NCBI GenBank assembly: GCA_944385625.1
Contig: CALWXZ010000001.1
Location: 28,130-92,129, forward strand
Reading direction: 5' to 3'
From: an uncultured Flavonifractor sp.
GTDB lineage: Bacteria > Bacillota > Clostridia > Oscillospirales > Oscillospiraceae
Length of the DNA: 64,000 nt
A program made the position numbers and the translations under genes. Positions 19,188-29,041 of the stretch are shown here, one piece after another; position 1 is the stretch's first letter, and each line of letters begins with the position of its first letter. The notes beneath the pieces were generated by a model. The model saw only the letters and a program-made list of their open reading frames with translations, did no database searches and had not been told where the DNA came from.

Positions 19188-20610
19188 TGACGCCCCGCTT
19201 CCCTTCAAACAAATTTGGGAACACCTGGGTCAGAGCCAGAGATTTCTCCAGCTTGGACACCTGGATGTTCTTGCCCTCCAGCTGATGCCGCTCCAAAATG
19301 GTCCCCATGTCCCGGGCGATGGAGGCGCCGTTCACCGATACCGCGTCCGGCCCGTAGATGTGCAGCTCCACCTTGTCCTGGCGGGCCGCCAGGGTGATCT
19401 CCAGAAAACCCAGGGACTCCAGGTCCAGCTTGAACAAAAACTGCACCTTGTCTCCCGTAGGGTTCTCCTTGCTGGGCTCTTCCTCCGCGTCCGGGTCCAC
19501 CCACAGCTCGGAGTACATCATCTTGCCGTTGCACTCCACAGGGAGCATCATGTGATTGAGGGGCATATATACGCTCTCATGCACCAGCAGGGAGCGCACG
19601 ATCTCTGCAAACGCCTCCTTGGCGTCGCTGCCGTAGGCCCCCTTCAGGGCCTGACTTGCGGCGTGGGCCAGGCCGTTGGCAAAGGAACTGTCCGAGGCCC
19701 GGGTAAACTGGTTGTCCTGGAGCAGCTTTAAGATGGCGCTGTCGTCCAGCTTATTGAGGCCGGCCAGCATCTCACTGTACCCCTGCATCTGGCGAAACGA
19801 CATGAGCAGCTGCTCCTGGGACCCGTTTTCATACCGGGCGGTATTCAGCACCAGCAGATTGAGCAGCGCCCGCAGGGGACCCAGGTCGTGGGCCCGCTCC
19901 ACATACCGGCCCAGGTAGGGAATAATCTCCTGCTGGAGCAGGGTCAGGTTCTCCGCCCGGCTCCCCGCCGCCAAACCGTTCTCCAGCCGGGCAGTCAGCT
20001 GCTCCAACTGGCCCCGCCAGCTCTGCGGCAGGTAGTCAGGCATCTGCTTGAGCAGGCTGAGCATATTCTTTCCAATATGGCCTGTGGCTGAAAAGTCGCT
20101 GTACCGCCGGGCAAACTCCAGAATGGCCTGCTTGGCCTGGTCGCTGCTCAGCTGCCCGTAGGCCTGACGCAGCAGGGAGAACAGAGCGCCCGAAAACCGG
20201 TTGCCCCCCTGGACCTGCTCCATAAACATCCGCTGAAAGCCCTGCTCGTCCAGCTGCAGCATCTTCAGCAGCTGGGACATCTCCTTGGCCACCCCGGCCT
20301 GTAGACCCGGCGTAACGATCATCCCCCGCATGAGCAGGATGGTCTTGGCCATAGCCTGGGTCAGCTCAGGGGTCTGGCGCAGCTGCTCCAGGAAGGTCTG
20401 CAAATTGGAGTCGTAGCGCAAAACATCCGATTGCAGGGTATTGTTGGCCCCCTGCTGATCGGTACGTCCGTCCGCCCGGCCCACCCGGGTGGGGTCAACC
20501 ACATTCTGGACCTGAGCCTCGCCGGCCCGGGAGGGGGTCAGGGGTGAGCGGTTATTGTTGACGCTGTCATAGCCGGGAACGCGATTGGCCGCGCCCAAAA
20601 GATCTGCCAT
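19174..20610 (-). CDS. FliK-like (YlqG-like) protein
   Basis: C-terminal FKLDLESLGFLEITL...VELHI and terminal GVNVKV; overlaps the FlhB-like gene, the usual pairing. Confidence 0.6.
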   Translation of the reverse strand: MADLLGAANRVPGYDSVNNNRSPLTPSRAGEAQVQNVVDPTRVGRADGRTDQQGANNTLQSDVLRYDSNLQTFLEQLRQTPELTQAMAKTILLMRGMIVTPGLQAGVAKEMSQLLKMLQLDEQGFQRMFMEQVQGGNRFSGALFSLLRQAYGQLSSDQAKQAILEFARRYSDFSATGHIGKNMLSLLKQMPDYLPQSWRGQLEQLTARLENGLAAGSRAENLTLLQQEIIPYLGRYVERAHDLGPLRALLNLLVLNTARYENGSQEQLLMSFRQMQGYSEMLAGLNKLDDSAILKLLQDNQFTRASDSSFANGLAHAASQALKGAYGSDAKEAFAEIVRSLLVHESVYMPLNHMMLPVECNGKMMYSELWVDPDAEEEPSKENPTGDKVQFLFKLDLESLGFLEITLAARQDKVELHIYGPDAVSVNGASIARDMGTILERHQLEGKNIQVSKLEKSLALTQVFPNLFEGKRGVNVKV

Positions 20611-20688
20611 AGTATGCTCCACCTCTTACTTGCTGAGCGAAGGGACCCGGTCAAAAGCCTGCGTCCCCGGATAATTTCAGAATAGCTC

Positions 20689-20716
20689 TTAATTTTCAGG
20701 GTATTTCAGTCGATAA
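20689..20716 (+). promoter_or_regulatory. Sigma28 promoter of cheAWRB
   Basis: TTAA-N16-GTCGATAA. Confidence 0.75.
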
Positions 20717-20757
20717 ACAGATATGAAGTTCAACGCCAAGGAAGGAGCGTGCCACTT

Positions 20758-22872
20758 ATGAGCGCCGGCAGCGATAGTATCCTAGATGCCTTTTTATACG
20801 AGACCAATACCCTGCTTGAACAGCTGGACAGCATCGTCCTGGCTGCGGAACAGCAGGACAGTTTTTCCGAGGACGACATCAACACCATCTTCCGCATCAT
20901 GCACACGATCAAGGGCTCCTCGGCCATGATGGAGTACAACTCACTGATGACCATTGCCCATCGGGCGGAGGATCTGTTTGCCATTATCCGGGATAAAACC
21001 ATGGACGTGGTCCCCGAGGAACTGCGGCCCGAGCTGTTTGATCTTCTGTTTCAGACCATCGACTTTTTCCGTCAGGAGCTGGAGCACATTGAAAATGAGC
21101 AGCCCCTTACTGAAGATATCGACACTCTGCTGCAAAAAGTTAATAGATTGATCGACCAAATTCATTCCGGCGGTCAGGCCCAGCCGGCCCCCGCTCAGGG
21201 CGGCGCCGCTTCCGCTCCGGCGGCTCAGGCCTCCTCCACCACCGCCACACGGGATGGATTTCCTTATGTGCTCCAGGTCTTTTTCGACGAGGGCTGCGGC
21301 ATGGAGAACCTCCGGGCCTATATGCTTGTCTCCTCGGTGAAGGATCTGTGCGCCGAAAGCGACTTCACCTATGAGCCCCAGGGCGTGGACTCCGACCCCG
21401 CCACCGCCGACCAGATTGTGGAGTCCGGCTTCCTGCTCTTCTTCCGCAACCAGGCCGACCGGGACGCCGCCATCCACGCCGTCACCGCCTCGGGCTCGGT
21501 GCGTTCCTATCAGGCCATCGATCAGCCCGCCCCGGAGCCCCGGCCGGCCCCCGAACCCGCCCCCGCTCCGGCGGCCAAGCAGGCCGCGCCCGCCGCTCCG
21601 GCCCCGGCGCCTGAGAGCGCGCCCGCCAAGGCTCCCGCCCAGAACGCCCCCGACAAAAAGCCCGCTCCCCAGAAGGCCGAGGCGACCCACCACCACAAGG
21701 AGAGCCTTATCAGCGTCAACCTGGACAAGCTGGACCACCTGGCGGCGGTGGTGGGCGAGATTGTCATCACCGAGTCCATGGTCACCGCCTCCCCCGAGCT
21801 CAAGGGCCTCAAGCTGGACGCCTTCACCAAGTCCGCCCGGCAGCTGCGCAAGCTCACCGACGAGCTGCAGGACGTCTCCATGTCTCTGCGCATGGTCCCC
21901 GTCTCCGGCACCTTCCAGAAGATGAACCGGATCGTCCGGGATATGTGCAAAAAGCTGGGCAAGCAGGCCCGCCTGGTTCTGGAGGGGGAGGACACCGAGG
22001 TGGACAAAACCATCGTGGACAGCATCGGCGACCCCATTATGCACATCGTGCGCAACTCCATGGACCACGGCATTGAGGAGACCGCCCAGCAGCGCATCGA
22101 CGCGGGCAAGGACCCGGTGGGCGAGATCGTCCTCTCCGCCCGGCACACCGGCAGCGAGGTTATTATTGAGATCAAGGATGACGGCCAGGGCGTCAACTAC
22201 GACGCGGTGCTCAACAAGGCCATCCGCAACGGCCTGGCCCAGCCCGACGTGGAATATTCCCACAAGGATATCCTCAACTTCCTCATGGCCCCCGGTTTCT
22301 CCACCAACACCGAGGTCACGGAGTACTCCGGCCGCGGCGTGGGCATGGATGTGGTGAAGAAGAACGTGGAGGAGGTGGGCGGTACCGTCATCATCACCAG
22401 CGAGCCGGGCCAGGGCATGACCACCACCCTGAAGATCCCCCTGACCATGGCCATTATGGACGGCATGGAGGTGTCGGTGGGCGGGTCTATCTTTACGATC
22501 CCCATCCACAATATCCGCCAGTCCTTTAAGATCTCCGACAGCGATCTGGTCCGGGACGCCGCAGGGGGCGAGATGTTCAAGTGCATGGGCAGTTTCTACC
22601 CCGTGATCCGGATGAAGGACCTCTACCAGATGGATTCAGGCGTCACCCGCATCGAGGACGGTATCCTCATCTGGGTGGATGCGGGAGAGCACTCCTACTG
22701 CCTGTTTGTCGATGAACTGCTGGGCGAGCAGCAGGTGGTGGTAAAGCCGCTGCCCTCTTACCTCAATCGCTTTAACATCAAGGCCAGCGGCATCTCAGGC
22801 TGCACCATTCTTGGCGATGGCAACATCAGCATCATTCTGGACGTATCCAATCTGTGTACCTACGCCCAGTAA
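20758..22872 (+). CDS. cheA: Chemotaxis histidine kinase CheA
   Basis: Hpt FRIMHTIKGSS, P2, HIVRNSMDHGIE, DDGQG, GFST, SGRGVGMDVV, CheW-like P5. Confidence 0.97.
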   Translation: MSAGSDSILDAFLYETNTLLEQLDSIVLAAEQQDSFSEDDINTIFRIMHTIKGSSAMMEYNSLMTIAHRAEDLFAIIRDKTMDVVPEELRPELFDLLFQTIDFFRQELEHIENEQPLTEDIDTLLQKVNRLIDQIHSGGQAQPAPAQGGAASAPAAQASSTTATRDGFPYVLQVFFDEGCGMENLRAYMLVSSVKDLCAESDFTYEPQGVDSDPATADQIVESGFLLFFRNQADRDAAIHAVTASGSVRSYQAIDQPAPEPRPAPEPAPAPAAKQAAPAAPAPAPESAPAKAPAQNAPDKKPAPQKAEATHHHKESLISVNLDKLDHLAAVVGEIVITESMVTASPELKGLKLDAFTKSARQLRKLTDELQDVSMSLRMVPVSGTFQKMNRIVRDMCKKLGKQARLVLEGEDTEVDKTIVDSIGDPIMHIVRNSMDHGIEETAQQRIDAGKDPVGEIVLSARHTGSEVIIEIKDDGQGVNYDAVLNKAIRNGLAQPDVEYSHKDILNFLMAPGFSTNTEVTEYSGRGVGMDVVKKNVEEVGGTVIITSEPGQGMTTTLKIPLTMAIMDGMEVSVGGSIFTIPIHNIRQSFKISDSDLVRDAAGGEMFKCMGSFYPVIRMKDLYQMDSGVTRIEDGILIWVDAGEHSYCLFVDELLGEQQVVVKPLPSYLNRFNIKASGISGCTILGDGNISIILDVSNLCTYAQ

Positions 22873-22887
22873 AGGAGAGAAGAGAAG

Positions 22888-23364
22888 ATGAATCAAGCGG
22901 AAGTTTTGCTCCCCACCGACCAGCCCGATCTGGCGGATGACGGCGCGGTCACGGTTCAGACGGAAAAGTACCTGTTGTTTTTATCCGATGAACTGCTCTT
23001 CGGAGTGCCGGCGGAATCGGTGGCCGAGATCATCACCGGCCACGCCATCACCAAGCTGCCCCTGGTCCCCGGCTATATCCGGGGGATCATCAACCTGCGG
23101 GGCCAGATCATCCCCATTGTGGATATTCGCCGCCTGCTCAACCATGGGGACTGTCAGAGCGACTGCATGATGATCCTGCGCTCCGACGACACCCAGGTGG
23201 GCATTCTGGTGGATCAGGTGCAGAAAATGGTGGACATCGACGTATCCACCCTGTTGCCCATCCCACCCCAGAGCTCCAACGACCTGGTGTGTGGTATGTG
23301 CTCTCTGGAGGACGGCCAGACCATGCTGGCTTTTGACTGCGCCCGCCTGATGGATCACTCCTGA
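22888..23364 (+). CDS. cheW: CheW coupling protein
   Basis: ITKLPLVPGYIRGIINLRGQIIPIVD. Confidence 0.95.
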   Translation: MNQAEVLLPTDQPDLADDGAVTVQTEKYLLFLSDELLFGVPAESVAEIITGHAITKLPLVPGYIRGIINLRGQIIPIVDIRRLLNHGDCQSDCMMILRSDDTQVGILVDQVQKMVDIDVSTLLPIPPQSSNDLVCGMCSLEDGQTMLAFDCARLMDHS

Positions 23365-23379
23365 TAGAGGTAGGCGCCC

Positions 23380-24225
23380 ATGGATATGATGTTTTATGAT
23401 CTGGCCATCTCGGATGCGGATTTTCAGCAGCTGGTCCAGTTCATTCATAAAAATTACGGCATCGACCTGAGCAAAAAACGCCAGCTCATCACCAGCCGCC
23501 TGTCCCATTCCCTTAAAGCCAAGGGGTATAAGGATTTTAAATCCTTTCTGGATCATCTCTTTACCAGTAAGGACCCCGAGGATCTGGAACTGGTTCTCAA
23601 TAAACTGACCACCAACTATACCTATTTTCTGCGGGAAAAGGACCACTTTACGTTTTTTCAAAATACCATCCTGCCCGAACTGGAGAAGCGCCACAGCCGG
23701 GACAAGGTCCTGTCCATCTGGAGCGCGGGCTGCTCCAGCGGAGAGGAGCCCTACACCCTGTCCATCTACCTCAAGGAATATTTCGGCGCCCAGGCCAACC
23801 AATGGGACACTCGGATTTTGGCCACGGACATCTCTCAGCAGGCCATGGCCAAGGCCAAGGCCGGGATCTATCAGCCCCCGGCGGATATGCCCAATGAGTG
23901 GCTGCGGCGCTATTTTGTGCCCGACAAAACCAATCCGGGAGAGTACTCCGTTGCCCCGGTAATACGGAACAACGTGATCTTCCGCCCCTTTAACCTTATG
24001 AACCCCATTCAGTTCCGGCTGAAATTCGATGTGATTTTCTGCCGCAACGTGATGATATATTTCGATCAGAACACGCGGGATGCGTTGGTACGACGCTTTT
24101 ATGGCGCGATGAATCCCAATGCCTATCTGTTCATCAGCCACTCGGAATCTCTGGGGCAGACCCCTCTGTTTCACATGGTGGCCCCCGCCGTTTACCGCAA
24201 GAACAGTGCCCCGTCCCGCTCGTAG
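23380..24225 (+). CDS. cheR: Chemotaxis methyltransferase CheR
   Basis: TTNYTYFLRE, WSAGCSSGEEPY, ATDIS, FCRNVMIYF. Confidence 0.96.
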   Translation: MDMMFYDLAISDADFQQLVQFIHKNYGIDLSKKRQLITSRLSHSLKAKGYKDFKSFLDHLFTSKDPEDLELVLNKLTTNYTYFLREKDHFTFFQNTILPELEKRHSRDKVLSIWSAGCSSGEEPYTLSIYLKEYFGAQANQWDTRILATDISQQAMAKAKAGIYQPPADMPNEWLRRYFVPDKTNPGEYSVAPVIRNNVIFRPFNLMNPIQFRLKFDVIFCRNVMIYFDQNTRDALVRRFYGAMNPNAYLFISHSESLGQTPLFHMVAPAVYRKNSAPSRS

Positions 24226-24245
24226 GAAGGAGCAAACAAATTTCA

Positions 24246-25306
24246 TGATACCCTCTCAGCATAGGATCCGGGTGCTGGTTGTGGATGATTCCGCGGTAGC
24301 CCGGGCTTTTCTTATCAAAGGTCTGTCCGTGTTTCCCAATATTGAGGTGGTGGGCTACGCTATCAACGCTCTGGACGCCCAGGCCAAGATCACCCGGCTC
24401 AAACCGGAGGTAATGACCCTGGACGTGGAGATGCCGGGCACCAACGGCATCGACTTTCTCAAGCAGCTGCTACCGGAGCATCCTCTGCCGGTCATCCTGG
24501 TTTCCAGCCTGAATCTGCGGGTTTTTGACGCGCTGGCCGCAGGAGCGGTGGATTTTGTCCGCAAACCGGACGGGGTGGAGAGCCGGGAGTCTTTTATCCG
24601 TGCGCTGTCCCAGAAGATCGTGGTGGCCTCCCGGGCCAGGGTGTCACCCTGCCGCCATGCCGCCGCCAAGCAGGCGGCGCCGGTTGCCCCCGCCGCCGCG
24701 CTGGGTCGGGGCAGCGGACTTGTGGACCTGGACCACACCATCATCGGCCTGGGGGCCTCCACCGGCGGTACCGAGGCCACCCTGGAGGTGCTCAAGCGCC
24801 TGCCCGCCGACATTCCCGGTATGGTCATCGTGCAGCATATGCCCAAAGGCTTTACCGCCATGTATGCCCAGCGGCTCAACAAGCTGTGCGCCATGGAGGT
24901 GCGGGAGGCCAAAAACGGGGACGAGATCCACCGGGGTCTGGCCCTCATCGCTCCCGCCGATCTCCAGGCCCGGGTGGTGCGCATGGGCAGCCGCTATACC
25001 CTGGCCTGTCAGCCGGGGGACAAGGTCAGCGGCCATCGCCCCTCGGTGGATGCCCTGTTTACCTCCATGGCCGCCCAGATCAAGTGCCATATGGTTGGCA
25101 TCATCATGACCGGCATGGGCCGGGACGGCGCCAGCGGCCTGCTGGAAATGCGCAAGGCCGGAGCTTACACCATTGGCCAGGATAAAAACTCGTCCGTGGT
25201 CTACGGGATGCCCGGCGTGGCCCAGGACATCGGGGCCGTGATGATCCAGGCCTCCTGCGAGAACATCGCCGCCGTGCTGATGCAGCACTTGAAAACTGGA
25301 AAATAA
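24246..25306 (+). CDS. cheB: Chemotaxis methylesterase CheB
   Basis: REC domain (VVDDS, DVEMP) plus GASTGG, VQHMP, HRPSVD, GMGRDG; ATG at 24246. Confidence 0.96.
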
Positions 25307-25310
25307 GACG

Positions 25311-25342
25311 ATCCCCCCGCTTCCGGTCGGAAGCGGGGGGAT
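25311..25342. terminator. Terminator between convergent cheB and the glycosyltransferase gene
   Basis: 14-bp stem ATCCCCCCGCTTCC/GGAAGCGGGGGGAT. Confidence 0.75.
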
Positions 25343-25345
25343 TTG

Positions 25346-27469
25346 TTATTCCAGCAGATGAGCCACTTTTTGATAGGCTTCACTCTGCTTCAGGGCGGCT
25401 ACCGCCGGGTCATCCGGAGCATATTGGTCCAAAATGGCCCGCACCTTGGCTGCCAGCTCCCGCAACTGGGGATCAACGGGACGGGCGGGGGGATTTTTTT
25501 GGAGGAACTCCACCATTTTCTTCATAGCCGGGGCCGCTTTCAGCGCCTTGCGCAGCGCCCGCACCCAGCCCAACTCGTCACCATTCTCCCAAGCGCTCCT
25601 CCCCTTCAGCAGCAGCAGGGCAAACTGGTGCATACCAGGCAGAGCATTCCAGTCCTCCTCACTTTCCAAGAGGGCAGAGTTGTAATAGTTGGGCATATAG
25701 TCCGCCGCCAAGCTGAGGAACAGCGCGCACAGCCGCCGGGCACGCTGGTCATCCTTCCAATCCTCCGCCCGCAGGGCCGCCATGGTCAGCTCAAACTGGA
25801 ACTGGAACCGGGACATGGAAGCGGTAAAGTCGCAGCAGCCCATCCAGTCCAGCAGGGTGTCAATGAACTCCGGTTTCTTGGCGTCCACCAGACCAGCCGC
25901 AGTATCCCGGTTGTCCTGGGCGCTGCGCCGGAAGAAGGAGTCGGGCAGGGGAAGCCCCAGCTCCACGGCGTGCTGGATGGCAAGGAGGGGCACCTGCGTC
26001 CAGTCCTTGATCCGCTCCAATAGGACCCGGCCCTCCTCTGCATCGGCGTCCATAAGCCGGGCGGCCCAGCCCAGCTCACAGGGGACCTCCCGGAAGAGAC
26101 GCCAGCGGCCCTCCAGCCATCTCCGCTCTTCATCCTCATCCTCTGGCTTTTCCCGGAATCGGTCGTTCAGCATCAGCAGCCAGTTGTTCCTCTTCTCCCG
26201 GCGGCGCTTTTCCGCCTTGTCGTCCTCTTCTTCCTCCGACAGAGTAAGAATAGGAGGCAGCACCTGCCCCATACGCTCTTGGGCCTGGGGATTGTCCCGC
26301 AGGCAGTCCATAGCCTGGAAGTAGGAGTACGAAGCCGCCAGCTCCAGTTTTGCAGCATCCAGAGGCAGAAGCATCTCCAGTGCCTCGTCCTCCCTGCCTT
26401 GCCGTGCCAAGCACTCAGCCTTGACGCACAGCATCCGCTGCCGGTCCTCTTCCGCCAGGAAGTGGAGACCAGAAGCCCTGCTCTCCCGCAGCATGGCAAT
26501 CCGCTGCCTGCTCCAGGTCTCCTGACCCTTGAAGTAGCGCTCCGCCCAGGACAGGGCAGTGTCATACTCCTGTTTCTTCTGGAAGTACAGTGCGGCGCTA
26601 AAGGTCACATCCACCTGGAAAAAAATGCTCCGGACCATGTGCTCCTCTCCCCAGGCCAGCCAGGTTCTGGCCTGGGGCAGGTCACCCAGCAGAGCCTTTT
26701 GCAAAGCGGCCCGGTATAGGGGCTGACCGTAATGAGACATGGCCAGCTCTGGCTGGGCCATAAAACCGTCCATAGCCCGCTGGAGGTAGCTCATGTGCTC
26801 CTGGGGAAATGCACCTGAGGACTCCACACACTGGTTGAGCCGCCGCAGGTCTCCGGGGTTCTTCTCCAACTCCGCCCGGAGGAGCTTCATATTCCGTTCT
26901 GCCTTCTTTTTGGACTGCTCCGGCGTTTGGAATGCATAGCCGTCGTGGTCGAAGATGGTCTTGCCCAAGATTTTTGTGTCCGCATCAGCGGGCAGCACCC
27001 AGCTCTCATGGATACTGCCCTGATAGCGCAGGCCGCTGTCCATACGCAGCATACGGGGGGCAGGAAAATCCATGTAGCGCCCATCCATTTCCCGGGTGGT
27101 GTAACTTCGCTGGATGACAAAGGCCAGCAGCAGGTTCTTGGGGTGCTTGGCCCACAGGAACTCCCGCAGCTCCCGCAGGTTGGGCACCAGGTACTCGTCG
27201 GCGTCCACCGTCAGGTACCACTTGCCGGAGCACCGGTCCATCACCGCGTTGCGGGCCTCGGAAAAGTCTCCTGTCCACGGAAAGTCAAAGAGAATATCCG
27301 CATACCGCTCCGCCACCTCCCGGGTACCGTCGGTGGAGCCGGTGTCTGCGATGACCAGCTCACAGGGCACCGCCTCCCGCAGAGGCTGAAGGGCCTGAAG
27401 GCATTTTTCAATGCAGCGAATCTCGTCTTTTACAATCATGCCAATGGAAAGAAGCGGTTTTTCCATGAT
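25346..27469 (-). CDS. GT2 glycosyltransferase with TPR-like helical extension, probable flagellin glycosyltransferase
   Basis: LSIGMIVKDE, ADTGSTDGT, DFSEARN, VDADE (DxD), IHE, HDGY; directly downstream of flagellin; start at MEKPLL is approximate. Confidence 0.8.
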   Translation of the reverse strand: MMEKPLLSIGMIVKDEIRCIEKCLQALQPLREAVPCELVIADTGSTDGTREVAERYADILFDFPWTGDFSEARNAVMDRCSGKWYLTVDADEYLVPNLRELREFLWAKHPKNLLLAFVIQRSYTTREMDGRYMDFPAPRMLRMDSGLRYQGSIHESWVLPADADTKILGKTIFDHDGYAFQTPEQSKKKAERNMKLLRAELEKNPGDLRRLNQCVESSGAFPQEHMSYLQRAMDGFMAQPELAMSHYGQPLYRAALQKALLGDLPQARTWLAWGEEHMVRSIFFQVDVTFSAALYFQKKQEYDTALSWAERYFKGQETWSRQRIAMLRESRASGLHFLAEEDRQRMLCVKAECLARQGREDEALEMLLPLDAAKLELAASYSYFQAMDCLRDNPQAQERMGQVLPPILTLSEEEEDDKAEKRRREKRNNWLLMLNDRFREKPEDEDEERRWLEGRWRLFREVPCELGWAARLMDADAEEGRVLLERIKDWTQVPLLAIQHAVELGLPLPDSFFRRSAQDNRDTAAGLVDAKKPEFIDTLLDWMGCCDFTASMSRFQFQFELTMAALRAEDWKDDQRARRLCALFLSLAADYMPNYYNSALLESEEDWNALPGMHQFALLLLKGRSAWENGDELGWVRALRKALKAAPAMKKMVEFLQKNPPARPVDPQLRELAAKVRAILDQYAPDDPAVAALKQSEAYQKVAHLLE

Positions 27470-27568
27470 AAAACACACCTTTTGTTTAATTTGGACAACT
27501 GACATATATCCCGGTCCCTCCCGGAGGCGGGGCTGGGATATACAGCGGCTGTCGCGCTTGCCGCCTTA

Positions 27569-27600
27569 AAAAATGAGGCCGGTTCCGAAGAACCGGCCCC
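27569..27600 (-). terminator. Flagellin terminator
   Basis: GGCCGGTTC-TTCG-GAACCGGCC followed by a T tract on the minus strand. Confidence 0.85.
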
Positions 27601-27690
27601 TCGGCGTTACGCGCTGGAACTCCGCCGGATGTGATCATCCGGCAAAGCACCGTGATTCAGGCAGCCCGTGCCGTCAAGCAGCGGTTCCGA

Positions 27691-28806
27691 TTACTGGAGC
27701 AGCTGCAGCACACCCTGGGGCACCTGATTGGCCTGGGCCAGCATGGCCTGGGCGGACTGCACCAGGATGTTGTTCTTGGTGTAGGCCATCATCTCGTCGG
27801 CCACATCGGTGTCGCGGATGGTGGACTCGGCGTCCTGGATGTTCTCCTGCATCACGGACAGGTTGTTGATGGTGTGGTCCAGACGGTTCTGGGTGGCGCC
27901 CAGAGTACCACGGACGGAGGACACATCATTGATGGCCTTCTTGATGGTATTGACAGCATCCTGAGCGCTCTTCTGGTCGCTGATATTGATGCCAGTCAGG
28001 CCCAGCTTGTCAGCGTGCATATCCTTGATGTTGACATCAAGCTGATTGTACTTGTCGCTGGTGTCGCCAATCTGCAGGGTCAGATCGGAGCCCTTCTTGG
28101 TAGCGCTCTGCAGTGTATTGGTATTTGTAAAGGTAGCAGTGTAACCAGCATCGCTGAGAGCAGCCTGCAGGTCAGAGAAGTTGCTGAAGGTGCCGTCGTC
28201 AGTAACATTGGCGCCCGAGGACACATATGTGTAAGTCTTGCCGCCGATGGTCAGGCTATCACCAGTCGCATAAGTAGCGCTCAGATTGAAGCTACCATCG
28301 GAGGCGGCGACAAGGTCACTGCCGCCCAGCTTGCCGCTGATCTCCTTGGCCAGGTTGACCTTGACGGCGGTGTTGGTGCTGTCCATGGAGCCGTCCAGCA
28401 GGTTGATGCCGTTGAAGTTGGAGGAGTCGGCGATACGGTCGATTTCCTTCGTCAGCTCATCGAACTCCTTCTGCAGGTTGGCGCGGTCGGTCTGGTCGTC
28501 GTAGGTGCCGTTGGCGGACTGGTCGGCCAGCTCCACCATACGGTTGAGCATATCGTGGACCTCGGTCAGGGCGCCCTCAGCGGTCTGCACCAGAGAGATG
28601 CCGTCCTTGGCGTTCTTCTGAGCCACGTCCAGGCCGGTGATCTGGGCGCGCATCTTCTCGGAAATGGCCAGGCCGGCGGCGTCGTCGCCGGCGCGGTTGA
28701 TCTTATAGCCGGAAGACAGCTTCTCCAGGTTCTTGCTCAGAGCGCTGGTGTTGGTGGAGTAGTTGCGGTAGGCGTTCATCGCCATAATGTTGTGCTGAAT
28801 ACGCAT
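27691..28806 (-). CDS. fliC: Flagellin (371 aa)
   Basis: MRIQHN...LSSGYKINRAGDDAAGLAISEKMR; C-terminal LGATQNRL...IRDTDVA...QANQVPQGVLQLLQ; ATG at 28806 with RBS AAGGAGG. Confidence 0.98.
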   Translation of the reverse strand: MRIQHNIMAMNAYRNYSTNTSALSKNLEKLSSGYKINRAGDDAAGLAISEKMRAQITGLDVAQKNAKDGISLVQTAEGALTEVHDMLNRMVELADQSANGTYDDQTDRANLQKEFDELTKEIDRIADSSNFNGINLLDGSMDSTNTAVKVNLAKEISGKLGGSDLVAASDGSFNLSATYATGDSLTIGGKTYTYVSSGANVTDDGTFSNFSDLQAALSDAGYTATFTNTNTLQSATKKGSDLTLQIGDTSDKYNQLDVNIKDMHADKLGLTGINISDQKSAQDAVNTIKKAINDVSSVRGTLGATQNRLDHTINNLSVMQENIQDAESTIRDTDVADEMMAYTKNNILVQSAQAMLAQANQVPQGVLQLLQ

Positions 28807-28834
28807 GGAAAATTCCTCCTTGAAAAATTGGGTG

Positions 28835-28854
28835 GGGCAAGTTCCTTCTTGCCC
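28835..28854 (-). promoter_or_regulatory. Candidate CsrA-binding hairpin in the flagellin leader
   Basis: GGGCAAG-AAGGAA-CUUGCCC places GGA in a hexaloop about 20 nt upstream of the SD. Confidence 0.65.
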
Positions 28855-28948
28855 GCGCTGTGTGTCCCTTCGCACCCGCAGGCCTTTACGGGGCGTCAAA
28901 ACACTGGGTAAGGGAGCGGGGCCGCGGCCCCAAATCCCTTCACTGGTG

Positions 28949-28975
28949 TTTTCGGCCACTTTTCCGGAAAGTTAA
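28949..28975 (-). promoter_or_regulatory. Sigma28 promoter of flagellin
   Basis: TTAA-N15-GCCGAAAA. Confidence 0.75.
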
Positions 28976-29003
28976 GCCCCCCTCCAAATTTTTTCAAAAA
29001 AAT

Positions 29004-29036
29004 TTCCCCCGCCCGCCAAAACGGCGGGTGGGGGAA
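29004..29036 (-). terminator. Terminator of the parA-comFB operon
   Basis: TTCCCCCACCCGCC/GGCGGGCGGGGGAA stem then ATTTTTTT on the minus strand. Confidence 0.75.
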
Positions 29037-29041
29037 GGGGT

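Noticed and set aside
28807-28959. N-terminal extensions given by the ORF track for flagellin, parA, MCP2, cheB and acyl-CoA dehydrogenase 1
   Set aside because: Downstream ATGs have clear RBSs and match family N-termini, and the extensions overlap promoters or leaders
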